From the NCBI GenBank assembly GCA_010909165.1, contig MU008176.1, positions 364,856 through 428,855 on the forward strand: DNA of 64,000 bases. The letters are read 5' to 3'. The translations under genes and the position numbers were made by a program. A model generated the notes under the pieces. It saw only the letters and a program-made list of their open reading frames with translations. It made no database searches and had not been told where the DNA came from. Positions 52,704 to 64,000 of this stretch are shown piece by piece (position 1 is the stretch's first letter; each line of letters begins with the position of its first letter). This DNA is from Anthoceros angustus (taxonomy: Eukaryota; Plantae; Anthocerotophyta).

Positions 52704-55700
52704 GGGTCGAAAGCTTATAGGCAATGTGAGCATGGAGAAGAGAGGCTTGTACCCTTTCCACCTTAGCCCCAGAGGAAGAGGGAAGACCTGGGCCCCAAAC
52801 TTCAGTGCCAAATAGAGTGGAGGGGATGACAAGTGTGTTGAAAAGTTGCTTACGGAGGTTGATATCCTGAATATTCATCTTGTATAACTCGCGACGCAAA
52901 GCACTAGTAGAACCCATCCCCTTAGTGACGCGGGAAGGGGCAGAAAAAGTCCAGTTGAACTAGCGACGAAAAATCGTTATACTCAGGTACATGTAGGAGC
53001 AGACCATCTCCACTGTTGTTGCTATAAGGCCTTCGGAGAATGCGAAAAAAGCACAATATCATCTGCATATAAAAGAATAGGAATATTGTCGAGGAACAGG
53101 CGAGCGCCGGAATCACCAGAGGACAGAAGCCACTCTTCAAGCTTGTCAATCTTCAACCCAAAAAGATTTGGGAACAAAGGATCACCCTCACGAACGCCAA
53201 GTTGAATGGGAATCTGATGAGTAGATAAACTAGCGGGAGTTTGGATGCGAGCATAAACCCGGCTGTAGAATAGAGTAGAAGCATGCCATAGATGGGAGGG
53301 TATCTCTAGAGATTTCAACCTGTCAAACAGCTTGTCCCAAGGCACAGAGTTGAAAGCTCACTTAAAGTCCACAAAGCAGCAGTACACATCCTTCTTTCTA
53401 CAACGAGCCTAATCCATGATAATCTGAAGGGCAAAAATATTGTCTAAAGTATTCCGGTCAGGGCGGAAACTAGTTTGACCACGAGCACGCACCTTAGCCA
53501 CCTCAGCCTAAGAGGTAGTGATCATGAGAATCTCCAAGCAAGAGCTGAAAATCTTAGCATTTATACACTCATTAGTGATAAATCTGTAGTTAGAAGGGAG
53601 GTGAGGGTTGCCAACTTTAAAAGTAGAGTGGATATCATTCTCACACCAGGGAGCAAGGAAACCATGAGACATGGAGTCGTTAAACAAAGTGGCAAGGTGA
53701 GAAGAAAGGGAGACAGGATCAGCAAAACGGAATAAATCCCCGGGAATACCCACAGGGTCCGATGGAGTACCACTTCTCAATTTCCGGATGGCATGAGCCA
53801 GGAGATTGGCGTTGAAAAACTTGAGGCTTGGATCAGAGGAAAAAGGGGCAAGGAGGGCAGAGGGGATGTGGTAAAGGCTATCAACGTAGGAGAGCAGCTC
53901 AGGTCAGCTTTGAGCAGGATGAGAGAGTGAGTATGGAATTCCTTCCAAAAGGCAGAGCTACCAGAAGACGTCCGGAGGAGGGAGAAAAGATGGATGTGTT
54001 CAGATTGGAGGAACGATCGTCCATCCTGAATGATCGTCTCTGTTGAAAAATGAATTACTCGAACTGTCGAGCCAGCGAGGAAGTCCGTTGAAGATGACCA
54101 TGTTATGAGACTCGACAAGGCGCAAAAGAGCAGCGTCATAGGGGTTGACTGGATGGGTGTCGGAGGAGGTCCTGTTGAGGCCAAGGTCAACAAGATCGAG
54201 CGGAGAAATCTTGTCAAAATCCAAAGCATCAAATATGGCGGCTTGCTGACAAGTAGTCCAAGCATTGAAATCTCCTACGAGAAGGACGTCCGCAATAGGG
54301 GAAAACTGAAATATGGGTTGCCGCTCTAGGCATAAAGGAAAAACTGGGAGGAAAATAACAAGCACCCACATGGAGGTCACGCAGAGAAGAGAAAAGGGTG
54401 GCAGCAATTCGGATCCAAAGGATAGTGCGAAGCTCATCATGCCAGAAAAAGAGATATAAGTTGCCAAGGACTCACGAAAGTAGCATGCAATACCTCCAAA
54501 AGCCGTAGAAGAATTGCTGGAGACATGGTGTTTAAAGGTAGAGACTTGAATCCGGAGAAGGACCGAAGAGGGCGAGTATGATGCTCATGAGTCTCAGACA
54601 AAAACACAATATCATGGCAATCCCGGCCTGTGAGTAGGTCCAACATACTACCTTAATAGAGCCATTGGAAAACAGGCAGAGGGAACCAGCACAAGCCCCA
54701 TATCCCTATGGGAGAGGTGCAGCAGTCTTTGGTTCGCGGATGACCAACTCATCATCAATAAAATAAGCCACCATACCCTCAGACTCTACCTTCTTACAGT
54801 TCCGCTCCCATTGCAGAGGGGTAAAGTTAGTATTGACAAACATGTCTTGACCCTTCAAGTTAGTACACGCCCGCAACACATGCAATCTGTCCTCCAAAGT
54901 AAAAAAACGGACAATATAAGTTGGAGGACCAGATTGGCCCTTACCAACTCTCCAAGCATGTTGAAACCGGACATTAACCTTTATAGTATCCTCCCAAAAG
55001 GTCTTTACTGTTGCGTCTGGTGTAGTTCCGAAATCCCTGTAATACGGAGGTTCCGAGGTCACTCATCATGGTCGCGAGACTCCGAAATAATAGCACTTAG
55101 AACAGTTGTAGAGTTTGTTGCATACGTGACAACAACATATGAGCGGCATGGTCCACAATGGGCCTAACCTGCAATTCTTGAAGGGCCTCATCACATTTGG
55201 ACAAGCGTTCATAAATAGAGGTTAATTTGTCTTCGATAATAGTCTCCACCTTCTCCAAAAGGCCAGGAAGGTCAGCCGTGTGAGCCCCATTAGGTTTTGA
55301 GATCAGATCAGCCTGCTCACAAATCTTCCCTGTTAGCCCATCTAGAGACTTCTTGAGATCAGCCTGTTGTAACAGCATTCATTTTCCCTCGAAATTCGTC
55401 AAGAGATGTTTGCAATAGGGAGTTTCCACTCTGGAGGTTCAAAACATCTGCTTGCGCTTGCCGCTGTTCACTGCGGCGAGAGTCATTGGTGGTCTGGAGA
55501 GCAGCAAATTTATCTGAAAGAGATGAGTGTCAGGAAGAGAGATCTTCGAATTTGGCGTCCAAACTAGCAATAGTCCCCAACAAAGTACAATAATTACCCA
55601 CAATACTGGTGTGCCTCTCCTCGAGCCCCTCCATCCTAGATTCCAATTCTGCCACCATACTTTCCAAAATTTTAACTGTAATCTTACCAAAATTAGAAGC

Positions 55701-55800
55701 ACCATTCTCCGGACGAATGCTGATCCTTGGAATTGGCCATACCGGCCCGAAAACCTATTCAAAGCCCCTAACAAAAGCCACCAGCTCCATAGACTCGGCC
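52704..55800 (-). mobile_element. Non-LTR retrotransposon (LINE) with ORF1 and APE-RT ORF2, decayed, 3' truncated
   Basis: ORF1 coiled coil plus HAWRVGK..PPTYIVRF..EDRLHVLRA..LKG; APE DIVFLSETH and VLLVGDFNA; RT PSNYRFI, CFVDFK, PWDKLF, GVREGDPL, LLYADDIVL, LFNTLVIPSTLFGTEVWG. Confidence 0.9.
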
Positions 55801-56069
55801 AAATCCTAAACCGAAAGATCTACCAGAGGCTGGATTGACCCTGCCAGCCATGCACATAGAAGACCCCAACCCCATGCCCACGGATGGAGGTCATGCGGGC
55901 CCACAACCTGCAGGCCCCACACAGACGACCTAGAACCCTCCCTCCGCGAGATAGTAAGGCCAACCGCATGCCCCCCCGCACCGCATGCCACACTGCCCCT
56001 TCCGCTCCGGAGCTGCAAACTTCAGACACTCCGCGCCGCAATGCCGCTTTGCGCACCACTTCACTTAAC

Positions 56070-56420
56070 AATAAGTATTAGCAATTATTAGTTATTAGCA
56101 GTAATTATTAATAGTTATTAGTTATTAAAGGTAAGTATGAGTAATGATTAGTAATTTATAGTTATTATTTATAAATATTAGTTATTAGCATTAATTATTA
56201 GTTCTAAGTATCAATGGTAATTAGTTATTAGCATTAATTATTAGTTATTAGCAGTAATTATTAATAGTTATTAGTTATTAGCATTAATTATTAGTTCTAA
56301 GTATCAATGGTAATTAGTTATTAGCATTAATTATTAGTTATTAGCATTAAGCAATTAACTAGTTATTACCAATTGGCAGTTAACAAGTTGTTAGCAATTA
56401 CCAAATAACTAGTTATAGTT
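56070..56420. repeat. AT-rich TTATTAG-type degenerate minisatellite
   Basis: Repeated TTATTAGCATTAATTATTAG and TTCTAAGTATCAATGGTAATTAG blocks. Confidence 0.85.
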
Positions 56421-56599
56421 GTTAATTTAAGTATTTTTAAGAATGAAAAAAATTATTATATCACTTAATCATTTATTTATTAAGATTGATACCTATGTTT
56501 AAAGAGTAAGAGAATTAATAGGTGTTTGGGTAAGTAAAACTGAAATTGTTTTAATAGCTCTCTCTCTCTAATAATCTTTACCGATATATCGTTAGTGAT

Positions 56600-58040
56600 G
56601 TAATTTAGCGATGACTAACCTTCCTGCCCTCCATAGCGATATCCATAAACGTTTAGGTCAGCCCCACAGCTGCAGGTCAAAAGAGAACAACCTAGAGTTT
56701 GGACCAAACCTAGGCGAAACCTCATCGCGGTAGAAAAAGAAGCGAAAGCGATCCGAAAAGCAGGGATGTAAACTTGGGCCAGAAGCCAAGAACCTACTCC
56801 CTTCCCCTATCTCCTAGAGAGAGGCTCGAAGCTCACGTGGCCCGTCCTCGAAGAACGAAGAAAAATGAGGCATGATCGTCGTAGCCTTAGAGAATACAAA
56901 ACCCTTCGCCAATTTTAAGGACACTTGTAAGGGAAAGGCCCCCTCCTCAACGCCCGAGACGAAGGCCTCCAAGATGTAGGAATCCTTGATTTAGGAACGA
57001 GAGATCAGGACTTGGGCAAAGAGGGACCAGCTCCTTAGAAAGGCCGCTTGTGCAGGGGCCTCTGTGGCCAAGAGCTACACTGTACCTACGAGATCAGAGA
57101 TGTCTGATGGAAGGTGAAAAATGCACCGGCCCTGTGGGGTTTTCTTGGAATTTCTGTTAAATGTCTCTCACCGTATAATCCTTGTAATGGCGAGAGACAT
57201 GAAGACATGTTGTGGTTTTTTAAAGGTTCCTGCGGCAAACCCCAGGATGTAATGCCTTAGTTTTGTATCTTTATTCCTCGGGGTAAATAGGGCATTGTCG
57301 TGATATTTTTAGACCTGGCCCCCAATGTGATAGGCAGGCCTACCGCTTGCCGCCGCGCTGGATCCCTAGTAGTGCAATCGAAGGTTCTCGAGCCGATGAT
57401 GTCTCCTAACTCTTCTATAACCTGTTTGTTAAAGTCCCTCAAGCTAGATAGAAAAGCCAGAGAGAGAACTACCGTTCGGATAAGGTATCCCAGCCGACAC
57501 GCGAGCAGGAATGATTCCAAATGCCACTTGTGGGTCCTCTAGTTAAGAGAGGTCCTTCAAAGCCGCGTCCACATATTCCTGTATGAAGTCTGGGGGCTCC
57601 ATCGAGACGCTTAAAACGCGAAGTCCCTGTGAAGAAATAATATCCTCCTCAAGTTAATAAAGAGAGGGCGTAACACCTTGAGGGAACCAAACCTTGTAGT
57701 TCAAAATCTTGACTTTCAGACCAAGGCATGAGAGCTCCAAGGAGAAGAGCGCACTCCTTGCACTGATGGATACATACATTCCCAAACCGATAAGGCAGTT
57801 CATGACAGAGCTCTGAAAGTCCCTTAAAAGCGAAGAGGACAACCCCTACAGGGTCCCCTTGCCTCATGCCCATTGCCGAGTCGAGTACGGAAACCCCTTC
57901 CACCGAGGGTCCATGCTAACAGTAGAGGTTAGATGGGGAACCGTACAATGAATGGACAAAAGGAATAAGACTTGCTAACTATCCGCATACGTCTTTGAGC
58001 TCGCCGAAGATGGGCACTCTGGAGACAGTGTTGAAAGCTT
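56600..58040 (-). mobile_element. CRE-clade (RLE-type) non-LTR retrotransposon remnant: RT, thumb and CCHC region
   Basis: KAFNTVSR..LIPFVHSLYGSPS..MRQGDPVGVVLFA; LLACRLGYLIRT..RQAVGLP; AAFLRSW; GVGSWL..FSTAMRFRLGL..TCSCGADL. These follow the usual CRE/SLACS motif order. Confidence 0.72.
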
Positions 58041-59044
58041 ATATATAAGCTTATACATATGTATAAGCTTATACATAAGCTTATACAAGTTACATAAATC
58101 TAGGACTAACAAGCCTAACACACTTTAGTACTAACTCATATACATTAACATACATTCTCCTATTTCACATTACGGTAGTACAACTTATCACTTATGCATT
58201 TACATGCCTTAAATGTGACTTAAACTTTCAAATTCTGTAACTATAATCCTGGATATAATGTTATTAAAATAATAAAATACTGAAAGAGGATAATATATCA
58301 CTCATTAGAATCAATATTTTAATATATATTTTCAATATGATATCATTAAATTATAATTAGAGTATATATATTAGAGTTCTTGAGGAAGAGTTGTAAGTTG
58401 TTTCATACTACAAATAAAATTGGCTAAAACTGGCAAAAAGGCAAATAAAACTTCCTACTAGTTCTTGAAGACCATATACAAGAATATGCTAAGTAGCTTC
58501 CAACTAAGCTAAAAATCTTGATGAAGGTTAGAAGAACAGTACCAAAATAATTGAAGTTTGGATATGTTGCTTCTCATTTTTCCAAAGCAACAATTTCATT
58601 CCCTCAACTCCCCAATAAATGATCAATTCCAAGTCATCAAATGCTCAATATGCCATTGGTGAAGGCTACAGAGGGCACTTTTAATTTTAACTTTAAGATG
58701 GGGTGCTCATGTGTTTTGATGAGATTGGGACCAGGGCGGTGAAACTCCGATGAAACTCATCCGTCAGATTATCGAATCCGGAGGCACAAGAAGAGGAATC
58801 AAAGAAAAGAAGATTAACTTATTAGATTACCGAATCCAGAGTTACAGGTGGGAAGCTCGTAGCAAACAGGAATAAGATCCTCGGAGAAGGGATGAAGGAC
58901 ATGAAGGTGATGTAGAGGTCATTCTCGTCCCTCACCTCCAAAGCCAAGCTAAGTCCGTATGCGACCCACCTAGCTCGCTGGCCAGCTTGTAGGGAGCGCA
59001 TAGCTGCACATGACGCCGTCTGCAACGTCATATTTTCGATGTCC

Positions 59045-59490
59045 ATGGAGAGTGGTTTCTTTCCCTGTAGGGAGTGCCCTTATACTTTGCTCAACGGTGT
59101 TTCTCTCAAGGCTGATCTATTTCTAAAATGGGAGGATCAGGTCTCTATTGCAAATGTGGTTGTAATAGACCCTAACCGGGATGAGCATGTCGTCATCAAC
59201 CTTTGAGTTAGGTGGCGAAGAGATGCATGATAGCAAAGGTTCACGAGTACTCTCCCATGCATGAAGGCCATGACTCGCCCATGCATGAAGGCCATGCCTT
59301 CATCCCCCTCGCTATCAGGACTCACAAGCCCAAGTGCAAGGATTTCTCAAGGTTCACAAGCCCAAGTGCAAGGATTTCTCAAGGTTCATCAAGGCCTGTG
59401 CTAAAGCCCACCATAGCCACAAGAATGGGGTTGGCCTCCCTCTATTCTATATGGTGGCTATTTTCAACGAGCATCTTGGGCATCAGTGGT
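59045..59490 (+). mobile_element. C-terminal restriction-like endonuclease fragment of a second CRE-like element
   Basis: RE..GVSLKADLFL..EDQVSIANVVVIDP..AKVHEY..HEGHAFIPLAI..FIKACA fits a decayed PD-(D/E)xK RLE pattern; contains 24-bp and 32-bp tandem duplications. Confidence 0.55.
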
Positions 59491-59831
59491 GGGTACCCAA
59501 AGGTCCAATACCATGGTCCTACGCGTGACCATGGTATTGGACCTTTTGTCCAATTCGACCCTCTCGTCCCATACCATGGGCACGCAGTTATTGCCAATGG
59601 TGCCTAAGTTTTCTAACTTTAAGTTTTCTTTGCCATGGCATGGCCTTCATGTCCTTTATCCGTTCTTTGAGTATCTTGTCTTGGATCTCCTTGAGCTTTC
59701 AACATGCGGGTCGGAATTGGATTAGTTGCCCCTCGTCTATTACCGATATCATCAACGAGCACCACCTCATGGTCGTAGCCTCCCACACACCCGGTCATCT
59801 ATGGCCGCGAGTTGCATTAATCTAAAACGCT

Positions 59832-60300
59832 TTAATGCATGGCTGAGGACATTCTACAAGGACCAAGACTTGAAATGTCCCCGTTACCTAACATAAATGC
59901 ATGGCTGAGGACATTCTACAAGGACCAAGACTTGAAATGTCCCCGTTACCTAACATAAAACGTTTTCATTGATGTAGGCGGAGAATATCATAGTTTAAGA
60001 AACAAAATAAGACACAAAGGAAAAGGATTTTATACTATAGGACCAACAAGAAAATATAGAAGTGTCATACCTTTTTAATGAGTCATGATAGGAAATATAG
60101 TCATAAATGCACAAATGTTGAGTATGAGAGGCATTCTAAGATTAATGATTTGGAATCATTGGAAATATAGTCATAAATGCACAAATCTTGAGTATGGGAG
60201 GCATTCTAAGATTAATGATTTGGAATCATTGGAAATATAGTCATAAATGCACAAATATTGAGTATGGCGAGCATTCTAAGGTTAATTATTTGGAATCATT
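59832..60300. repeat. Short tandem duplications (~64 bp x2 at ~59832-59958; 70 bp x3 at 60091-60300)
   Basis: Directly visible repeats: ATGCATGGCTGAGGACATTC... and GGAAATATAGTCATAAATGC... Confidence 0.85.
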
Positions 60301-60911
60301 TATCAAGGAATTGAAGGAGTGGACCGCTTGCTTTGGGAAAATGAAAACCCCAAGGTTAATGATTTGGAATCATTTATCTTGGAGTTGAAGGAGTGGACTA
60401 ATTGCTTTGGGGATTACATCTTGGAAGTGTTATTAATCCTAAAACACTTCCAACTTTTGATTAGCAAGACCAGCAATATATATTTTTCATGTATGATGTA
60501 CTTTAAAAATCTCTAAAGTATTCTTCAACAACTACTTGAAATACAACTTAAAATAGATCTTACGACAAAGAGCTTATATCACCTCGCCCCCAATAACATT
60601 AAATAGATAACTCACCAAGGGCTACAATTGTCAGGGTGTGCACCGCATCCTAGATGTGATCCAACAAGTGATAACAAGGTTTCTAATGAATCTAATGCCA
60701 AATGTGTAAGAGGCCAAATGAAATATAGAGATCATGAGGGTAGAGAGCAGAATCAAGGGCTGAACAAAAATAACACAAAAGATAATGAGAGAGCTCTTAG
60801 GATAAATTGTACAAAAGAATATAATCAATTATTGTAGATCACTTTGTCTGATTAATTTTTCTTTGGTACATTGTACAAAAAATCTTTCCTCCAGCGATCA
60901 TTTTACCCAGA

Positions 60912-60983
60912 TTCTATTGCCGGGATTCGAACCCAGGTCGTTAGGGTGAAAGCCCATACAACAACCCTCTATGACCTAAAAGA
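60912..60983 (-). pseudogene. Degenerate tRNA-Glu(TTC)-like sequence
   Basis: 72 nt: anticodon loop CTTTCAC, intact T arm CTGGG-TTCGAAT-CCCGG. The acceptor stem has two mismatches, the D arm is decayed and no oligo-T terminator follows. Confidence 0.7.
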
Positions 60984-62108
60984 TGGCAAACGACGTTCTA
61001 TTAAATTCATTGAACTTAGATTTACTTTATCTTCTTAGTGTATGATAATTATATAGTATATATTGTATTATTTTTTAGTGAGAGCCAAATATTCTTGCCA
61101 AAATTACAGATAATTGTCTGTGAAATACATAAAGTGTCAACATCATATAAGCCAACTATTGTTAACTACTTCTCCCATTAAAGGTATCAGGTTTGCTTAG
61201 GTAGAATGGCCCTTCTCCCTATCTCACTGCTGGTACGGCACACACTATCATACCCTCATAGCCTCTCTTATGGCGTAAGAGACTTTCTATGATGAAGTAT
61301 GGTTTCTCTTATGGAGTAAGAGATTTCCTATGATAAAGTATCCCCATATATGTTACTGGGGAACAACGATGTGTGAGACGAACAATGAACTCATAAGCGC
61401 TTGCTAATGCACGGGCCTATGGGCTGCCATTGATGATGCTACAAGGGTGTTGAAGGCAGATGTCTGTAATGATCAGACCTTGTTACATACATAAAGAGTA
61501 GGTGAAACCTACACGCATAACAACTTTTTGCAAGGTCTATCAACAATGAGTGACCAGACACACAACACACGTGCACAAGAGCTACCCAGCAGGAAAGCTT
61601 GTAAGGTTAAGATACAAGAGCTTCTAATAGAAGCTTCGTAGTGAGCAGAGAGCCATGGCCTCGTTCATTGCTGAATGCCCAAAGGTCGCTCTATGTTGCG
61701 GGAGCCATGGCCTCGTTCATTGCTGAATGCCCAAAGGTCGCTCTATGTTGCGGGAGCCTACTGCTAAAATTGGTGCCAGTTTGTTTCGTGGAATCCTAGG
61801 CGCATAAAGACTCTGAGTATCGTCATCGCAGGAGCCACATGCTCTAAACCAAAAAGCTTCGTCGCAGGAGCCACATGCTCTAAACCAAAAAGCTTTAATC
61901 TAACCATGAAATCCTGTTTCACATTGTTTGTCTTCCTTTCCAGTCACTACCTAATTTTAATTAGAAAAGTTCTAAGATGTTAGTTCAAGTGACTTTAACC
62001 TTATGTAACATCAGGAGTGAAAAGTATAAGAATGTATGAATGCATGTGAAATTACATTTGAGCTGGTACGTGAAACTAATAACATGCCCTAATTATGTGT
62101 CAACTCTC

Positions 62109-64000
62109 TCACTGCAGAGGCACATGAGATTTCCACCAACCTATAGCGTCCACAGTCCCAAGCTCATCAGCTGGTATCCATCGCCAGTCCTCCTCTAGCA
62201 ACCCTAGTGAGCAATCGCTGGGGCATCCCGCCATGTCCAGCACTCTTGGCGGCTCCCTTCTGCTAGGGCAGTCTCGCCTCACATCCCTGGGTATGCCTCC
62301 AGACTTATACTCGCGAGCATCTAGGGCAGGGCCCCACTTGCACGTCTGTGCCAGCGTGGGAGCCTCAATCAGCACGTCTCCAGAAGGCGTGCTCTCTCTA
62401 CCTTCTGCAACGCTGGGGTAGAATGAGGGGTTCTGGATGCTATGGTACTTCACCAGCAAAATGGCATATGTCAGCATCCTTCCCTCAATGCTGCAAGTCC
62501 ATCCCAGCTCCCGGTGCACCGTGTTCACCATGTCCAACGTCTCCTGGTCATGATCTTGCATGTATTGCAGGACCTCAGGCAGATCCCTAAAACTGCACAC
62601 AATGGACAAGGGGTGGTGTAAGAGCGTGCAGTCTGTCACAACCGAGGGCAGAATTTTCAAAGAGGAGAGCGAGTTGGTGTTGCAAGCACGGACAAGTGAT
62701 CTGTCTCCATGAAATGCCGCCCACGTTTGAACAGCGGGTAGTAGAACTCGGAGTAGGGGGAGCTCTGCAGAATGACGGCGCGGTCAGCGAGCATGACTCC
62801 GCACAGCCTGCTGATCCCCAGCCCGCCGTCCACTATCACCTCGTACTTGTACCTGCTCTTGTGGGTGTCATTCAATCTGGATCCCAGCTTGATCCCGCCT
62901 TCCTCCTGCAAGTCTCGGATAGCTTCCGGCGTGGTATGGCTCCACCTGCTCACTCTGGCGTCCAGCAAGTCCGGGATCCCGTCCGTCATGCGATGCAGCC
63001 GCACCCGGGGACTGCTCACCCAGTTCGACAGCCGCAGCCAGTAATTGGTGGTGGATCCTCTGAACACAGCCTTGGGCACCTTCCCATTCCATTCCTCTAG
63101 ATTCCAGCTGGTTTTCAGAATCTCCTCTCGGGATGGCATGTAGGCAGGCCGCCAGTCCATGAAATCCGGCACTAGGAGGTCGGCATCCAGCCCCTCGCTC
63201 ACGTGAGAGCTCCACACCAGGAAGTTGGACCTGCCGCCTTCGGCCATGCCCTCCCTGGACATGGTGTTGTCGCATGTGTTGAAGAGCAGCTCGACTTCCA
63301 CGCCCCGCAGCTGGAAGCGGTCGACGGTGGCCTGGAGGAAGGACGCCAGATCGTTGGCCCGGTTCAGCTTGAACTGGTCCCCCAGGAAGCCCCCGTAGCG
63401 GAAGAAAACCTTGCCACCCACCACTCTAAAGTGAGCGCAGCAGGACGCAAGAGTGCTGTTCTGCAGCGATTGTCGGAGAAGCGAGACGGACCATAAGCTC
63501 CGTCGCACTGCTCTTCCCCCCGGTTGCAATTGCTGCATCGGAGCCCACGCCTCCGTGTATTTCTTCGCCAGCTGCAGGATCGGGCGGATTCTGGAGTCCG
63601 TCAGGTTGAATGCGGGGCTCGCCAGTCGCAGCTCCTCTAAGTCGGAATCCTCGATCTTGATGCTGCTCACGCGGGCGTGTTGGACGTCGGACAGAGTGAG
63701 CCTGCTGCGGGCCGCACTCAGGATCCCATACTTGGGAATGTCCGGGGGAAGCTTGTACCCCGACTTCCTCTCGCACCTGTAGGAGCGTCCTGAAGCGCTC
63801 GGAAAGATTGTGATGGGCTGGTACTCGAAAACCTGGTCCAGAAAGCATGCGCTGCGGTGCAAAATGAAGATCGTCGCCCACAACGGAACGCCCAGCAGCC
63901 AAACCATCCACCGAGGCCGGAGACATGGCCTTTTGGCCCCTCTGAGCTGCAGCGAGGATGATCGTAGCAGATCTGCGTTCTTGACATCCTTAGGCTGCTC
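62109..64000 (-). CDS. Glycosyltransferase family 90 (CAP10-like) paralog 2, 5' end beyond the window; exons >=64000-62694 and 62592-62109
   Basis: Frame is open to the window edge; KVPKAVFRGSTT, KYEVIVDG..SRL..QSSPYSEFYYPLFK.G.HF; 101-bp phase-2 intron at the same position as in paralog 1. Confidence 0.82.

Overview
Eukaryotic plant-type nuclear DNA (small GT-AG introns, plant-type genes; probably a non-seed streptophyte, but the lineage cannot be fixed from sequence alone). 1-31 kb is a retrotransposon nest: an LTR fragment fused to a Copia pol remnant, then a second Copia interrupted at its PPT/3'LTR junction by an 18.8-kb minus-strand Ty3/gypsy non-chromovirus (Athila-like: tRNA-Asp PBS, GAGTG target-site duplication, very long LTRs), followed by a 110-bp satellite. 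31.7-48 kb is a compact gene block: UNC93-like MFS protein, golgin GC5, complex I PSST subunit, phospholipid:sterol acyltransferase, and a GT90/CAP10 glycosyltransferase. 48.8-62 kb holds a long inverted repeat around a higher-order tandem array, an APE-RT LINE, two CRE-like (RLE) non-LTR remnants and a decayed tRNA-Glu. A second GT90 paralog runs off the right edge. The main lead is that the gypsy pol ends directly at the PPT and a roughly 600-codon accessory ORF lies inside the LTRs. A divergent homolog of that ORF sits at the same position in a second LTR family at 1.2-3.1 kb. Repeats are full of small indels while host genes are intact, so many TE frameshifts may be unpolished long-read errors.
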